This document shows positions 48,344-59,051 of a stretch of 64,000 nucleotides of DNA, piece after piece (the first letter of the stretch is position 1; each line of letters begins with the position of its first letter). A program made the translations under genes and the position numbers. Source of the stretch: Bacillus sp. (in: firmicutes) (lineage in GTDB: Bacteria > Bacillota > Clostridia > Lachnospirales > Lachnospiraceae); NCBI GenBank assembly GCA_023666125.1, contig JAMPCN010000005.1:30-64029 (forward strand), given 5' to 3'. The notes beneath the pieces are model-generated. The model saw only the letters and a list, made by a program, of their open reading frames with translations. It was not told the DNA's origin and did no database searches.

Positions 48344-49006
48344 ATGATTGATATTTTAATTGTAGAAGATAATAAGGAACTTGCCAATCTTTTATGTGAT
48401 TTTCTCCGCGCGGAAAATTATACGGTGAGTATTGCCGAAACAGGGGAAAAAGCGCTTGCGCTGTATGAACGATACGGCGCAAAGCTTATCGTTTTGGATA
48501 TCATGCTGCCCGGCATGGACGGGTTTGCGGTATGTCGAAAAATCCGTAACATAGACGACGTTCCAATACTGATTGTCAGTGCAAAAATCGCGAAAGACGA
48601 TAAGCTAAACGGGCTGCTCACCGGCGCGGATGACTATATCGAAAAGCCATATGACATCGATATCATGCTTGCGAAAATAAACGGTATTTTCAAACGCCGC
48701 TATTCTCTTGACGAACTTATCTGCGATAATATCCGCATCAACCGGATAACGCGCACCGTATATAAAAATGACACAAGTGTCGAAATGACGGCAAAAGAAT
48801 TTGACCTGCTTTTACTGCTTGCCGAAAACAGAGGAAAGTCGCTCTCTAAGGAATATCTTTTCAACACTATCTGGGGAAGCGACAGCTTTTCCGAACAGCA
48901 GACGTTGACGGTGCATATCAAACGGCTGCGGGAAAAAATGGAAGATGACCCGAAAAATCCGCAGAAAATTCTGACGGTATGGGGTGTGGGGTATCAATAT
49001 CGATGA
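48344..49006 (+). CDS. OmpR-family response regulator
   Basis: ILIVED, LDIMLP, GADDYIEKP, TVWGVGY. Confidence 0.95.
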   Translation: MIDILIVEDNKELANLLCDFLRAENYTVSIAETGEKALALYERYGAKLIVLDIMLPGMDGFAVCRKIRNIDDVPILIVSAKIAKDDKLNGLLTGADDYIEKPYDIDIMLAKINGIFKRRYSLDELICDNIRINRITRTVYKNDTSVEMTAKEFDLLLLLAENRGKSLSKEYLFNTIWGSDSFSEQQTLTVHIKRLREKMEDDPKNPQKILTVWGVGYQYR

Positions 49007-50328
49007 AAACATATCGTAAATTTTTAAGCAGTGTCATATTGTTTATTTTGCTTATCTTTGCAGGCGCGAATTTATTTCTCTATTATTATGATGCGGATGA
49101 AAGCGGCAGGCCGTACCGCGTGGAGATAGAACGGCTTGCCCGCAAAATAGAGGAAAGCGGATGGGAGAATATTGATTTAGGAGGCTGTGAATATGTGGTC
49201 AACATCAGCAGTACGGATTCCGACCCCTTTCTTTTTGAACTTCACGAACCCACCAATGCTGCCACGGACCGCTCTTATCCTGACGCAGACAACTCCTCTG
49301 ATACCGAAAACAGTTTTTTTGCCTCCGACAGCGACTATATAATTCGGGAAATTGACGGCGTATGGTATCGCTTTGACTATGTCAGTCAAGGCAATATTGA
49401 CAAAAACAGCATCCTCCTTGCCGTAAACACAGCACTGGGTATGATGGCGGCTTTGCTGTTATGGGTTCTGCTTTTCATCAAAAATAAAATTCTCTCCCCG
49501 TTCGAGCAGTTAAGTAACGCATCTTATGAATTGGCAAAAGGAAACCTCACTACGCCGCTGCCGGAACATAAGAGCCGCTTTTTCGGGAAATTCGTGTGGG
49601 GAATTAATCTGTTAAGGGAACATATCGAGGAGCAAAAAAGCCATGAACTTGCGCTGCAAAAGGAGAAAAAAACGCTGCTGCTCTCCCTCTCCCATGACAT
49701 AAAAACACCTCTTTCGGCGGTAAAATTATATGCGAAAGCATTGACTAAAAATTTATATCAGGATAGACAAAAGCAGCTGGAAATTGCCGAAAACATCCAC
49801 CAAAAAGCGGATGAAATCGAGTCTTACGTTGCGCAGATTATCACCGCTTCCAAAGAGGATTTTTTAAGCCTTGAAGTACAACTGTCTGAATTTTATCTTA
49901 CCGATTTAATGCGCAATATTACAGATTATTATCGCGAAAAGTTATCGTTCAACAAAACAGATTTTACTATTGCTCCTTACGAAAACTGTCTGCTTATCGG
50001 CGATTTGGAGCGCGCTGTGGAAATGATGCAAAACGTCATGGAAAACGCCATTAAATACGGTGACGGAGATAACATTTCCCTTATCTTTTCAGAAGAGGAA
50101 AACTGCCGCCTCATTACCATAAAAAATAGCGGCTGTACGCTTACAGAGACGGAACTGCCCCATATCTTTGAAAGCTTCTGGCGCGGCACGAATGCCGGAA
50201 GGACGCCCGGCAGCGGGCTTGGTCTCTACATCTGCCGCCAGCTTATGCACAAAATGAACGGTGATATTTTTGCCAAAATCGAGGACGACAGTATGTGTGT
50301 GACGCTTGTATTTGGGATGGCGGGGTAA
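49003..50328 (+). CDS. Sensor histidine kinase
   Basis: LSHDIKTPL, NVMENAIKY, GSGLGL. Confidence 0.93.
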   Translation: MKTYRKFLSSVILFILLIFAGANLFLYYYDADESGRPYRVEIERLARKIEESGWENIDLGGCEYVVNISSTDSDPFLFELHEPTNAATDRSYPDADNSSDTENSFFASDSDYIIREIDGVWYRFDYVSQGNIDKNSILLAVNTALGMMAALLLWVLLFIKNKILSPFEQLSNASYELAKGNLTTPLPEHKSRFFGKFVWGINLLREHIEEQKSHELALQKEKKTLLLSLSHDIKTPLSAVKLYAKALTKNLYQDRQKQLEIAENIHQKADEIESYVAQIITASKEDFLSLEVQLSEFYLTDLMRNITDYYREKLSFNKTDFTIAPYENCLLIGDLERAVEMMQNVMENAIKYGDGDNISLIFSEEENCRLITIKNSGCTLTETELPHIFESFWRGTNAGRTPGSGLGLYICRQLMHKMNGDIFAKIEDDSMCVTLVFGMAG

Positions 50329-50371
50329 TTTATGGCTAAAAAAGGCACTGGAGACTATAGCCTAAAAAACA

Positions 50372-50944
50372 CTATGGCGTTACAATAAACGCCAATACAC
50401 CCGTACCTGTCATATCAACAACGACATGGTCCGCTCTCTTTTCAGTAATAGTAAGTTCTGCCCATGTATTAGCGCTTTCATTATAAGCGTAAACATGAAT
50501 GTTTTCCTCACCCGTAATGCCCGGCATATAGAAGTTGACATTTGCAACGCCAAAACCTACATGCGTCTCAATTTTTACTACGTTTAATACTGTTCCTCCC
50601 AAAGAAGCAGCGTAGTCTTTTGCAGAATACACACGGGATAACTCAGGTTTTAAAACCGGAAATACAACGTTGGATTTCTTACCATCCAGAATAACTTTTC
50701 CGCCCTGTGCAACAGGAGTTACTTTATCCATAGCCCAGATATCCGTAACGGAATTTGTCAGATACTCCTGAATCGTTTTGCCTTCTTCAATAGCCGCAAC
50801 TACGGCAGGAATGCCTCCGGCATTAGAAGAACTCTCCAGATAAACTGCAACCGGAGAGCCTGCCTCTTTTGCCATAACCGGTGTGGAAAATACCATAGCG
50901 CCGACTAAAGCAAGTGATACTATTTTTGCCAATTTGTTCTTCAT
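50372..50944 (-). CDS. Secreted/surface hypothetical protein
   Basis: Signal peptide MKNKLAKIVSLALVGAMVFSTPVMA after SD GGAGG. Confidence 0.8.
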   Translation of the reverse strand: MKNKLAKIVSLALVGAMVFSTPVMAKEAGSPVAVYLESSSNAGGIPAVVAAIEEGKTIQEYLTNSVTDIWAMDKVTPVAQGGKVILDGKKSNVVFPVLKPELSRVYSAKDYAASLGGTVLNVVKIETHVGFGVANVNFYMPGITGEENIHVYAYNESANTWAELTITEKRADHVVVDMTGTGVLAFIVTP

Positions 50945-51006
50945 TTCTTTTCCTCCTGCATTATGATTTCCAGTGCCCTTTTTAATCATAACAACCAGCA
51001 AGGTAT

Positions 51007-51037
51007 ATTATACTACCCCCCCCCGAAAAAATGTCAA
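51007..51037 (-). promoter_or_regulatory. Sigma-70 promoter with G9 homopolymer in the spacer
   Basis: TTGACA-ttttttc-GGGGGGGGG-tag-TATAAT (19-nt spacer). Confidence 0.75.
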
Positions 51038-51067
51038 TACTTTTTCCCTATATTTATCATATAGCAT

Positions 51068-52357
51068 TTAACTGCTCTTAACCGCCGCAAATCCCAATTC
51101 TAAATCCGCGATAATATCGTCGATATGTTCCGTACCGATGGACAGGCGGATAGTATTGGGCTTGATTCCCTGGTCTAACAGTTCTTCCTCGCTAAGCTGC
51201 GAATGCGTTGTTGTCGCCGGATGAATTACCAGACTCTTTACGTCAGCCACATTCGCCAGCAGGGAAAAGATTTTCAGATTGTCAATAAATTTATGCGCTT
51301 CCTTCTGTCCGCCTTTTATCTCGAAAGTAAAGATGGATGCGCCGCCGTTCGGGAAATAACGTTCATATAACGCATGGTCGGGATGTTCCGGCAAAGAAGG
51401 ATGGTTGACGTGCTCCACCTGCGGGTGCTTCGCCAGATATTCCACAACTTTCTTTGTATTTTCCGCATGACGCTCCAATCTTAAAGAGAGCGTCTCCACG
51501 CCCTGTAAAAGTAAGAAAGCGTTAAAAGGTGAAATTGCCGCTCCCGTATCACGCAGCAAAATAGCGCGGATATAGGTCACAAACGCAGCCGGACCTACTG
51601 CATCCACAAAAGAAACGCCATGATAACTGGGGTTCGCCTCCGCAATCGGCGCATAGTTACCGCTTGCTTTCCAGTCAAACTTACCGGAATCCACAATAAT
51701 GCCGCCTAACGTCGTGCCATGACCGCCGATAAATTTAGTAGCGGAATGAACGACAATGTCCGCGCCATGTTCAATCGGGCGGATTAAATACGGCGTGCCG
51801 AAAGTATTATCAATGACTAACGGCAGTCCGTGTTTATGGGCAATCTCAGCGATAGCGTCAATATCGGGGATATCGCTGTTGGGGTTTCCGAGCGTTTCAA
51901 GATAGACCGCTCTGGTATTTGGTCTAATCGCCTCTTCTATGGCTTTTAAATCATGCGCATCTACAAATGTTGTGGAAATGCCGTACTGCGGCAGCGTATG
52001 CGCCAGCAGATTATAACTGCCGCCGTAAATAGTTTTCTGGGAAACAATATGTCCGCCGTTTTGTGCTAACGCCTGAATCGTATAGGTAATCGCCGCCGCG
52101 CCGCTTGCCAGCGCCAATGCCGCAACGCCGCCCTCTAAAGCCGCCAGTCTTTTTTCCAATACATCCTGCGTGGAATTTGTCAGCCTGCCATAAATATTGC
52201 CCGCGTCGGAAAGCCCAAACCGCGCCGCCGCGTGTTCAGAATTGCGGAATACATAGGAAGTCGTCTGGTAAATCGGAACGGCTCTTGCGTCCGTTGCCGA
52301 ATCCGGTTCTTCCTGTCCAACATGTAACTGCAGTGTTTCAAATTTATAGTTGCTCAT
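51068..52357 (-). CDS. metY: O-acetylhomoserine sulfhydrylase / cysteine synthase family
   Basis: PIYQTTSY, YGRLTN, HSATKFIGGHG, LANVADVKSLVIHPATTTH. Confidence 0.93.
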   Translation of the reverse strand: MSNYKFETLQLHVGQEEPDSATDARAVPIYQTTSYVFRNSEHAAARFGLSDAGNIYGRLTNSTQDVLEKRLAALEGGVAALALASGAAAITYTIQALAQNGGHIVSQKTIYGGSYNLLAHTLPQYGISTTFVDAHDLKAIEEAIRPNTRAVYLETLGNPNSDIPDIDAIAEIAHKHGLPLVIDNTFGTPYLIRPIEHGADIVVHSATKFIGGHGTTLGGIIVDSGKFDWKASGNYAPIAEANPSYHGVSFVDAVGPAAFVTYIRAILLRDTGAAISPFNAFLLLQGVETLSLRLERHAENTKKVVEYLAKHPQVEHVNHPSLPEHPDHALYERYFPNGGASIFTFEIKGGQKEAHKFIDNLKIFSLLANVADVKSLVIHPATTTHSQLSEEELLDQGIKPNTIRLSIGTEHIDDIIADLELGFAAVKSS

Positions 52358-52559
52358 TGTCTCGTCCTCTTTTCTTTTTTTTGTCATTATATACCCACTA
52401 AACCACTATGTCAATAGGTGAATGTTTTTTCTTTTCTTGATTACCTATTAAACTAGTGGTAAAATAGGTTAAAATCAGAGATTTTAACCGCAAGTATTGT
52501 GCTGACGCTGTTAGCGTCCGACACAATACTCGCAGGCTATGAAGCAAACGTGAGGAGGG

Positions 52560-52988
52560 GTGACTATGATATCTACACGAGGGCGCTATGCTTTACGGGT
52601 GATGATTGACCTATCGGAACAGAACAGCGACGACTATATTCCTTTAAGTACAATCGCCGCAAGACAGGATATATCTGCAAAATATCTGCAGCAGATTGTA
52701 AAAGTTCTGGTGGAGGAAAAGATGCTGACCGGCATCAGCGGAAAGGGCGGCGGTTATAAACTGACCCGCAAGCCGGAGGAATATTCCGTAGGAGAAATAC
52801 TGGAACTCATGGAGGGAACGCTTGCTCCGGTTTCCTGCCTTGCCGCGGACGCCAAGGAATGCAGCCGCTACTCCACTTGTAAAACGCTTCCCATGTGGCG
52901 GCAGTTTGACAAGATAGTGCATGACTTTTTTTTCCATATCACAATCGCCGATTTGGTGAACGGAACATTTGATTTTCAAAACAGATAA
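52560..52988 (+). CDS. Rrf2 family transcriptional regulator
   Basis: ISTRGRYALRVM, GKGGGYKL, three Cys (C..C..C); divergent from metY. Confidence 0.93.
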   Translation: MTMISTRGRYALRVMIDLSEQNSDDYIPLSTIAARQDISAKYLQQIVKVLVEEKMLTGISGKGGGYKLTRKPEEYSVGEILELMEGTLAPVSCLAADAKECSRYSTCKTLPMWRQFDKIVHDFFFHITIADLVNGTFDFQNR

Positions 52989-52989
52989 A

Positions 52990-53016
52990 AAGCGCAACCC
53001 CTGCGGCTTGCGCTTA
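52990..53016. terminator. Hairpin between convergent genes
   Basis: AAGCGCAA...TTGCGCTT. Confidence 0.5.
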
Positions 53017-53021
53017 ATCAT

Positions 53022-53597
53022 TTATATCTCTTTTGCCAGCATTTTCAGTATCATAATATGATACTCTTCGTCCTGAATGATTCTTCTTAAAACCGCGTTA
53101 ATATGTTCATCCCGAATCCAGGAAATGTGCATTTCATACTGATTAATCGTCGATATTTCCGATTCCATATCCGCTTCCAGCATTTTACTGCACTCCGATG
53201 GAATATTTAGAGAAGCCGGCGACCACATCACCGGTCTCCCGTTTCGTCCGGCCGCCGTAAAACCAATATTTCCGCCGAGCAGGGAAATCAACTCTCCAAG
53301 CTTTTGCAAGTGCATCATTTCACAAATTGCCATTCCTAAAAGTGTTTTGGCTATGGAACATTTTTCACAGGATAAACGATTCTCATTGTTGATATACTGT
53401 GCGATTGCCGACAATTCTGATACGGCGCCGCAATAATCCACGCTTAGTAAATCCGCGTAAGAAAGATTCCTCTCACTTACCTCAAGCGGCGGATACGGCA
53501 AATCCAGCATAACCGGTTTGATACCGCTAAAGTCACATCCCACCTCTATATCTTTTCCCTCCATAAAATATTTCTCCATGGTATTATTTATTTCCAT
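53022..53597 (-). CDS. Ferritin-like (Mn-catalase/rubrerythrin-type) protein
   Basis: ELSAIAQY, EMMH, E..TINQY, DEEYH. Confidence 0.82.
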   Translation of the reverse strand: MEINNTMEKYFMEGKDIEVGCDFSGIKPVMLDLPYPPLEVSERNLSYADLLSVDYCGAVSELSAIAQYINNENRLSCEKCSIAKTLLGMAICEMMHLQKLGELISLLGGNIGFTAAGRNGRPVMWSPASLNIPSECSKMLEADMESEISTINQYEMHISWIRDEHINAVLRRIIQDEEYHIMILKMLAKEI

Positions 53598-53646
53598 ATT
53601 TTATGAGTGGGTGGAGGGAATTATGCTTGAAAGGAGGTGCATTGTA

Positions 53647-54522
53647 TCATGACTGCCTATTTTCTTCATATGCCTTGATGCCTGCTTTTATATCCGGTTT
53701 TAATATGAATTGACGGAAAAAACAGTTGCCTCTTGTAATATTCTCTCCATAGAAACGAATATCGCTTTTCCTCATCTGTGGGGATATAACAATATCTGCA
53801 CCGACCGCCTCTTCTATATCGCAATCAATCGCTGTTCCCTCAGGATAATATATTTTGGAAAAACCGTTCATGGCAAATCCGGCTTTTTCCATCATCTGAC
53901 CCGTTTGCCCCGGCATATGCGCGAGCCTGCCTTTACTATTTGCATACACAACCGGCACATGGAATGCCTTTTCATATGCGCCGCAGAAAAAATCGTTTGC
54001 ATTTTGCTCCGCTTCCGGCTTTTTAGGGTCTGCCGGTGCGCCATGTGGAAACAGGATAAGAGAGAGTTCTTTATTTTTTACATTTTCATAAAAATGCTTT
54101 CGTTTTGCATCATAACAAATAGCGACGCCAATATTGCCAAACGGCGTATGAATCACATTGTCAAAAGAACCGCGCTTAAATACCGCAGCTTCTCCCTCCG
54201 ACTTCGTAACAACGCCGAACACTTTGCTTTTATCCGCAACCAGATACCGATTGTAGTAATCTCCGTTTTCCTTATCCAGATACCCCGTGCCGATAAAGGT
54301 ATGATATTTTTCCGCCATCTTCATCGTCCATGCGAAAGCATCCTTTCCACAATCATCTGCATATTGCCAAATCTCCCGGCTTGCCATATAGCTGCATAAT
54401 GCCAGTTCAGGCAGCACAACAAAATCCGGGGAAGGCAGACTGGCAAGCAAGGACTCGATATACTCTTTTCTTTGTATAATACCTTTTATGTCGTTGTTTA
54501 GTGTAAGGGCGAATATGCGCAT
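53647..54522 (-). CDS. Carbon-nitrogen hydrolase family protein
   Basis: VLPE, YNR, TK, ICYD (Glu-Lys-Cys triad). Confidence 0.88.
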   Translation of the reverse strand: MRIFALTLNNDIKGIIQRKEYIESLLASLPSPDFVVLPELALCSYMASREIWQYADDCGKDAFAWTMKMAEKYHTFIGTGYLDKENGDYYNRYLVADKSKVFGVVTKSEGEAAVFKRGSFDNVIHTPFGNIGVAICYDAKRKHFYENVKNKELSLILFPHGAPADPKKPEAEQNANDFFCGAYEKAFHVPVVYANSKGRLAHMPGQTGQMMEKAGFAMNGFSKIYYPEGTAIDCDIEEAVGADIVISPQMRKSDIRFYGENITRGNCFFRQFILKPDIKAGIKAYEENRQS

Positions 54523-54571
54523 GATGAGGTCTCCGGGGTTTGGTATGTATCGATGTTCTTATCAGCAGTTG

Positions 54572-55189
54572 TTACTTTGTTTTTTTTGCAACAATTTTAT
54601 TCGATGCGTGCAGATGTTTTGGTACATTGGGGTGTTCATCTTCAAACACATACGATTTAAACTGTAATATTTCCCAATCAGTATATAACTCTTTGATTTC
54701 CTCATCTTTTGCTAAACCAATCGCAAATGGCGCAATATCCTCGGACGCGGGTACAGTATCTGTAAATATTTGAATGATATGAATGCCGCCTATATTTGTA
54801 TACTCTTTTGCATTATTTATAAATTTTTTCCACTCTTTCTTAGCTACAAAATGTAATGTTCCAAAGCAAGTAATCATATCATAACAATGTTCAAACTGAT
54901 ATGTAGTTAAATCTGCTGCAAATGCGTTTACTTGTGCATTAGATAATTCACATCTATGTTTTAATTTTGCAATCCCATGTTCAGACAAATCAAACGCATC
55001 AACATAATGTCCTTGTTGAGCTAAATATATGGCATTTTGACCTTCTCCACACCCTACATCTAATATTCTTGACGAATTGTCGATGAAATGCTCAAACTCA
55101 GTAATGGTTGGATTAGGCTTGTTGGAAAATGTAATAGTATCATATTCTTGGTACGCTTTTTCCCAAAATGGAACTAAATCATTGCTCAT
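54572..55189 (-). CDS. Class I SAM methyltransferase (TehB-like)
   Basis: ILDVGCGEGQNAIYLA, AFDLS, GTLHF. Confidence 0.88.
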   Translation of the reverse strand: MSNDLVPFWEKAYQEYDTITFSNKPNPTITEFEHFIDNSSRILDVGCGEGQNAIYLAQQGHYVDAFDLSEHGIAKLKHRCELSNAQVNAFAADLTTYQFEHCYDMITCFGTLHFVAKKEWKKFINNAKEYTNIGGIHIIQIFTDTVPASEDIAPFAIGLAKDEEIKELYTDWEILQFKSYVFEDEHPNVPKHLHASNKIVAKKTK

Positions 55190-55406
55190 ATTTTTCTTCT
55201 CCATAAACTTCGATTGATAAATAGCATTATAGCTTACTTTCAACAAGCAGACAATTCCGAAAGGGAATATTTGATGGATAATTGAAAGTTATCCGTTGGA
55301 TTTTGCAATAAAGGCAATATTGATAATCAGGAGTCATCAGTTAAAATTTAGGTAAATTATAGGCAACCAATTAGTTATTATTAATTATAACGCGAGGATA
55401 AATAGC

Positions 55407-57824
55407 ATGGAGCAAACTGAACTATTTGACTTTTCTTTTGTTGACAGAGAACGTGAACAGCAAATATTTAAAAATTTCATGTCTAACGCTGATAAAAAAA
55501 TCCTTTGGATTAGTGGCGATAGAGGGGTTGGAAAATCAGAATTTATTACATATATGACTGCTACTTATGAAAAATATTCATTTGTCTATTATGATGTAAA
55601 GGAAAATTGTAGAAATGAAGATATTCTTACAGATTTTATACAAAAATTACAGCAAATGGGAAATTTCAGTTTTTGTGAATTTGTTCAAAAAGAATATAAA
55701 AAGTTTTACGATACTCTAGGAACAACAACGAAAGCAATTACACACTCACTAAATCCCAGTATATCAGAGGTGGTTTCTGTCATTTTGGATGTAACAAGTT
55801 ATGTTATAACAAAGAATGAAGAACGTCGGGAAAACATTGATATTATTAAAAAATATATTGATAAAATATTATCAGCTAAAAGCTTGTTTATTTGTATTGA
55901 TAATTTTTCTAGATGTAATGAAGATATTGTTAAATTATTGTGCAATATTTTTAAATCTTTTTTAACTTATGAAAAATGTAAAATTTGTATAATAACTACC
56001 GATGATGATATGAATGATGAAAAGGAACTAAAAATTCGAGAGCAGATTGCATATACAGGTATCAAAATAGAAAAATTTAAAAAACATATTTATTTTTGGC
56101 AAATTATGGAACCTATTTTTGAGATGGATGACTTTTCAGATAATGACATAAAATACATTTATTCAAAATGTAGTGGTAAGCCTCATAATCTTTCTATTAT
56201 TATAAGCAAGCTATTAGATAAACAAGGCATCATATGTAGCACGAAAAAAGAAAAAGCAACTATAAATAAAAGAATACTACAAGATGTTTTGAAAGAAAAA
56301 CATATTAAATACGGTGAGGCTGATTTTACATATACTCAAAAGTTAATAATTTTTTCTTTTTTATGCCTATTTGAAGGAGTTGATATACAAATAGTAGAAG
56401 AATTATCTATATATATTGCAAATAAAAATTATTTATATAATGGATTTACAAAAGACCGATTTCGCCAAGACTTATTAGAACTTATAAGTTGTAATAAGTT
56501 GAGTTCTGATGGAATAACTTTAAGCACCTGCCATGATTCTGATTATATTGATTATATGGATATTTTTAGAACATCTCAAATATATAAAATAATTTCTCAA
56601 AATGCATATGAGTTCCTGTTATATCATGAAACATTAAAAGAACGTGAAGACTTAATATGCCATCATATGCGTGAAGCCAAAATTGAAAGCTGGGAAGAAC
56701 GAAATTTTTTATATGGGAAAAAATTGTTTGTGAGTCATAATTATTTTGATTCAGAAAAAATTTTTTCTTATCTTTTAAGTGAAACCGAATCATTAGATGA
56801 ATATAAGTTATTAGTAATTGCGATTAATGAGTATCAAGTAGGACATTTTAATATAGCTATAAAAGTGTTGGAAGCAATAGATATAGAGAAATTAGAAAAT
56901 ACATCTCAGAAATATTTTTTATTGTTTTATTGGGGAAAAAGTATTTACAATTATACAGGTGATACGTCTATAGCAATTTCAAAACTTATAGAAGCAACAA
57001 AGTATGTTTCCGACTCTAGCGCAGAATATGTAAATGTGCAAAATATATTACAGATGTTATACTTTGAAGTTCCAGGAAAATATGATGAAGCATTAAAGAT
57101 TTTTAATAATATACGAGACAATTATAAAGTATCTCAGCCAAATGCATGGGCAAACACAATGAGAGGGTGTCATAATTATATACAAAATAGTGAAGAAGCA
57201 TTAGATTTATTAGAAGAAGCTCAATCATGTATATCTGATGATTTAGAACGTGCATATATTGATACAACAAAGGGGTTTATATATATTAAAAAAGGCAATA
57301 TAGATAAGGCAAAAGATTGCTTTAATAGTTCGTATGAATCAATTAAAAAAATGAAAGTTCATGAAAGTTCTTATGCGATAAATGACTTGGCAGTATGCTA
57401 TATGATGGAAGGAGATTATCTTTCGGCAAAAAAACTTCTTTTGGATGGTTTATTTTGGAACAAAACAAACTATGGAAAAATTGTTTTATATGTACATTTG
57501 ATGCTTTGTGAAGCATTTTTAGGCAATAACATGGAAGCAGAAAAATATTTTGACTTTTTAATAGATTATATTGCTAACCCTAAAATACAAGATTTAATAA
57601 TGCTTCGAAAAGTTTTATTGAATCTTGCTGTTGCTTGCAAAGAACTTAAGAAAAACATTGAATATGAGATATATATCAAAAAAGCCGAAAAATATATTCA
57701 TAATACATCTAGTGAATGGCGCTATTTAGCAATACAGGGAATAAATAATACTCAAATACCAGATAATATATATTATAGCTACTCAAAATTTGATCCGTGG
57801 TTTATTGTATATGCTCATGATTAG
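55407..57824 (+). CDS. P-loop ATPase + TPR-like protein (STAND-like architecture)
   Basis: FVDRERE, Walker A WISGDRGVGKS, Walker B-like ICIDN, GKP, TPR-like C-terminal helices. Confidence 0.75.
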   Translation: MEQTELFDFSFVDREREQQIFKNFMSNADKKILWISGDRGVGKSEFITYMTATYEKYSFVYYDVKENCRNEDILTDFIQKLQQMGNFSFCEFVQKEYKKFYDTLGTTTKAITHSLNPSISEVVSVILDVTSYVITKNEERRENIDIIKKYIDKILSAKSLFICIDNFSRCNEDIVKLLCNIFKSFLTYEKCKICIITTDDDMNDEKELKIREQIAYTGIKIEKFKKHIYFWQIMEPIFEMDDFSDNDIKYIYSKCSGKPHNLSIIISKLLDKQGIICSTKKEKATINKRILQDVLKEKHIKYGEADFTYTQKLIIFSFLCLFEGVDIQIVEELSIYIANKNYLYNGFTKDRFRQDLLELISCNKLSSDGITLSTCHDSDYIDYMDIFRTSQIYKIISQNAYEFLLYHETLKEREDLICHHMREAKIESWEERNFLYGKKLFVSHNYFDSEKIFSYLLSETESLDEYKLLVIAINEYQVGHFNIAIKVLEAIDIEKLENTSQKYFLLFYWGKSIYNYTGDTSIAISKLIEATKYVSDSSAEYVNVQNILQMLYFEVPGKYDEALKIFNNIRDNYKVSQPNAWANTMRGCHNYIQNSEEALDLLEEAQSCISDDLERAYIDTTKGFIYIKKGNIDKAKDCFNSSYESIKKMKVHESSYAINDLAVCYMMEGDYLSAKKLLLDGLFWNKTNYGKIVLYVHLMLCEAFLGNNMEAEKYFDFLIDYIANPKIQDLIMLRKVLLNLAVACKELKKNIEYEIYIKKAEKYIHNTSSEWRYLAIQGINNTQIPDNIYYSYSKFDPWFIVYAHD

Positions 57825-58852
57825 ATTATTTTATTGTCTATCCGACTATTAAATGTACATAAAAATTTATCTAATATCATAGGAAAAGATAGATTTTTCT
57901 TTTGAGCAATAAAACCAATTTCGCTACTGCTGCTAAATCGTGGAGCTGAATTGATTTCAAGAAAATAAAATTCATTTTTGTTATAATCATAACGATAATC
58001 AATTCGGCAGATATCGTTAACACCAATTATTTTTGCAATTTGAATAGATGTTTTTTTAATTTGCTGTATAGTAGTAATATCTAATTTTTCATCATTGAAA
58101 TAGAGAGTCCGTAATTTATTGCTTTTTTCCTTCATTCCATAGACTGCCCAAGGAGATGAATCATATAATTCAGAAACAATAACTTCATTAATTAGGTAAT
58201 TATCAGGATTTCCAATTAGATAATTAGTAACATCAATACCATAAACATATTCTTCAATTATTACTTCATCATATTGGTTTAATAAACAAGAAACCATTTT
58301 ACATAAGTCACTATATGTATGGCATACATTCTCATTTGAAATTCCCAAGGAAGAACCTTCGCAATTAGGCTTAATAAAGATAGGATAGTTCCATGATTGA
58401 ATCATCGTTTCAGTAAAAGGAATAAATTTATTTATTATATAGGATTTAGGCATATTTATGCCATATGATAATAGAGCTTGTTTGCAATAATGTTTATTAT
58501 TCATTAATACTGAAGCAAATACTCCGGAACCACTATAAGGAAGCCCTAAAATATCAAGTAAAACAGGGGCTTGTACACGACTATAGCATTGATCCATGCC
58601 ATCTGTAAAATTAATAAAGCGACAGTCTTCTAATGTTATGCTTTGAGAGTTGTCTACAGCATGTATTAATTGTGGTATTCCTCCAAAATATTCGCAATTA
58701 TAACCTAATTCTTTCATAGAATTTAGTATTTCATATAAATTTTTTTGACTAGGATGATCATTATATAAAGAAGAACTATCTATAGAACTTATACAGTTTT
58801 CGAAATTTTCTCTGCAATCACATAATAAATAATATTTCATATATACCTCCAT
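57821..58852 (-). CDS. ATP-grasp enzyme, D-Ala-D-Ala ligase-like
   Basis: LPYSGSG, MNNK, YPIFIKPNCEGSSLGI, IIEEY, RIDYR, FLEINSAP. Confidence 0.82.
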   Translation of the reverse strand: MEVYMKYYLLCDCRENFENCISSIDSSSLYNDHPSQKNLYEILNSMKELGYNCEYFGGIPQLIHAVDNSQSITLEDCRFINFTDGMDQCYSRVQAPVLLDILGLPYSGSGVFASVLMNNKHYCKQALLSYGINMPKSYIINKFIPFTETMIQSWNYPIFIKPNCEGSSLGISNENVCHTYSDLCKMVSCLLNQYDEVIIEEYVYGIDVTNYLIGNPDNYLINEVIVSELYDSSPWAVYGMKEKSNKLRTLYFNDEKLDITTIQQIKKTSIQIAKIIGVNDICRIDYRYDYNKNEFYFLEINSAPRFSSSSEIGFIAQKKNLSFPMILDKFLCTFNSRIDNKII

Positions 58853-59051
58853 TAATATTATATACTTACTATTAATAAAATATTGTCGATATTGGCAGTA
58901 AATAAATTTTTATTTGGCAGTACTTATTTGAATCAAAAGTGCTTTCATTACCCGCTGCTTGCAACGCGACAAACCAATGCCAAACTTATGAGACTAGGGC
59001 TGATACCTTGTAGCTTGCTGTGGAGAACTTCATTCCAGCAAATTGAAAACC

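Noticed and set aside
52358-52560. SAM riboswitch or T-box upstream of metY
   Set aside because: No recognisable motifs; short region shared with a divergent Rrf2 regulator
57821-58852. Van-type glycopeptide resistance ligase
   Set aside because: No vanH/X/Y/R/S neighbours and the N-terminus lacks the typical Ddl GGxSxE motif
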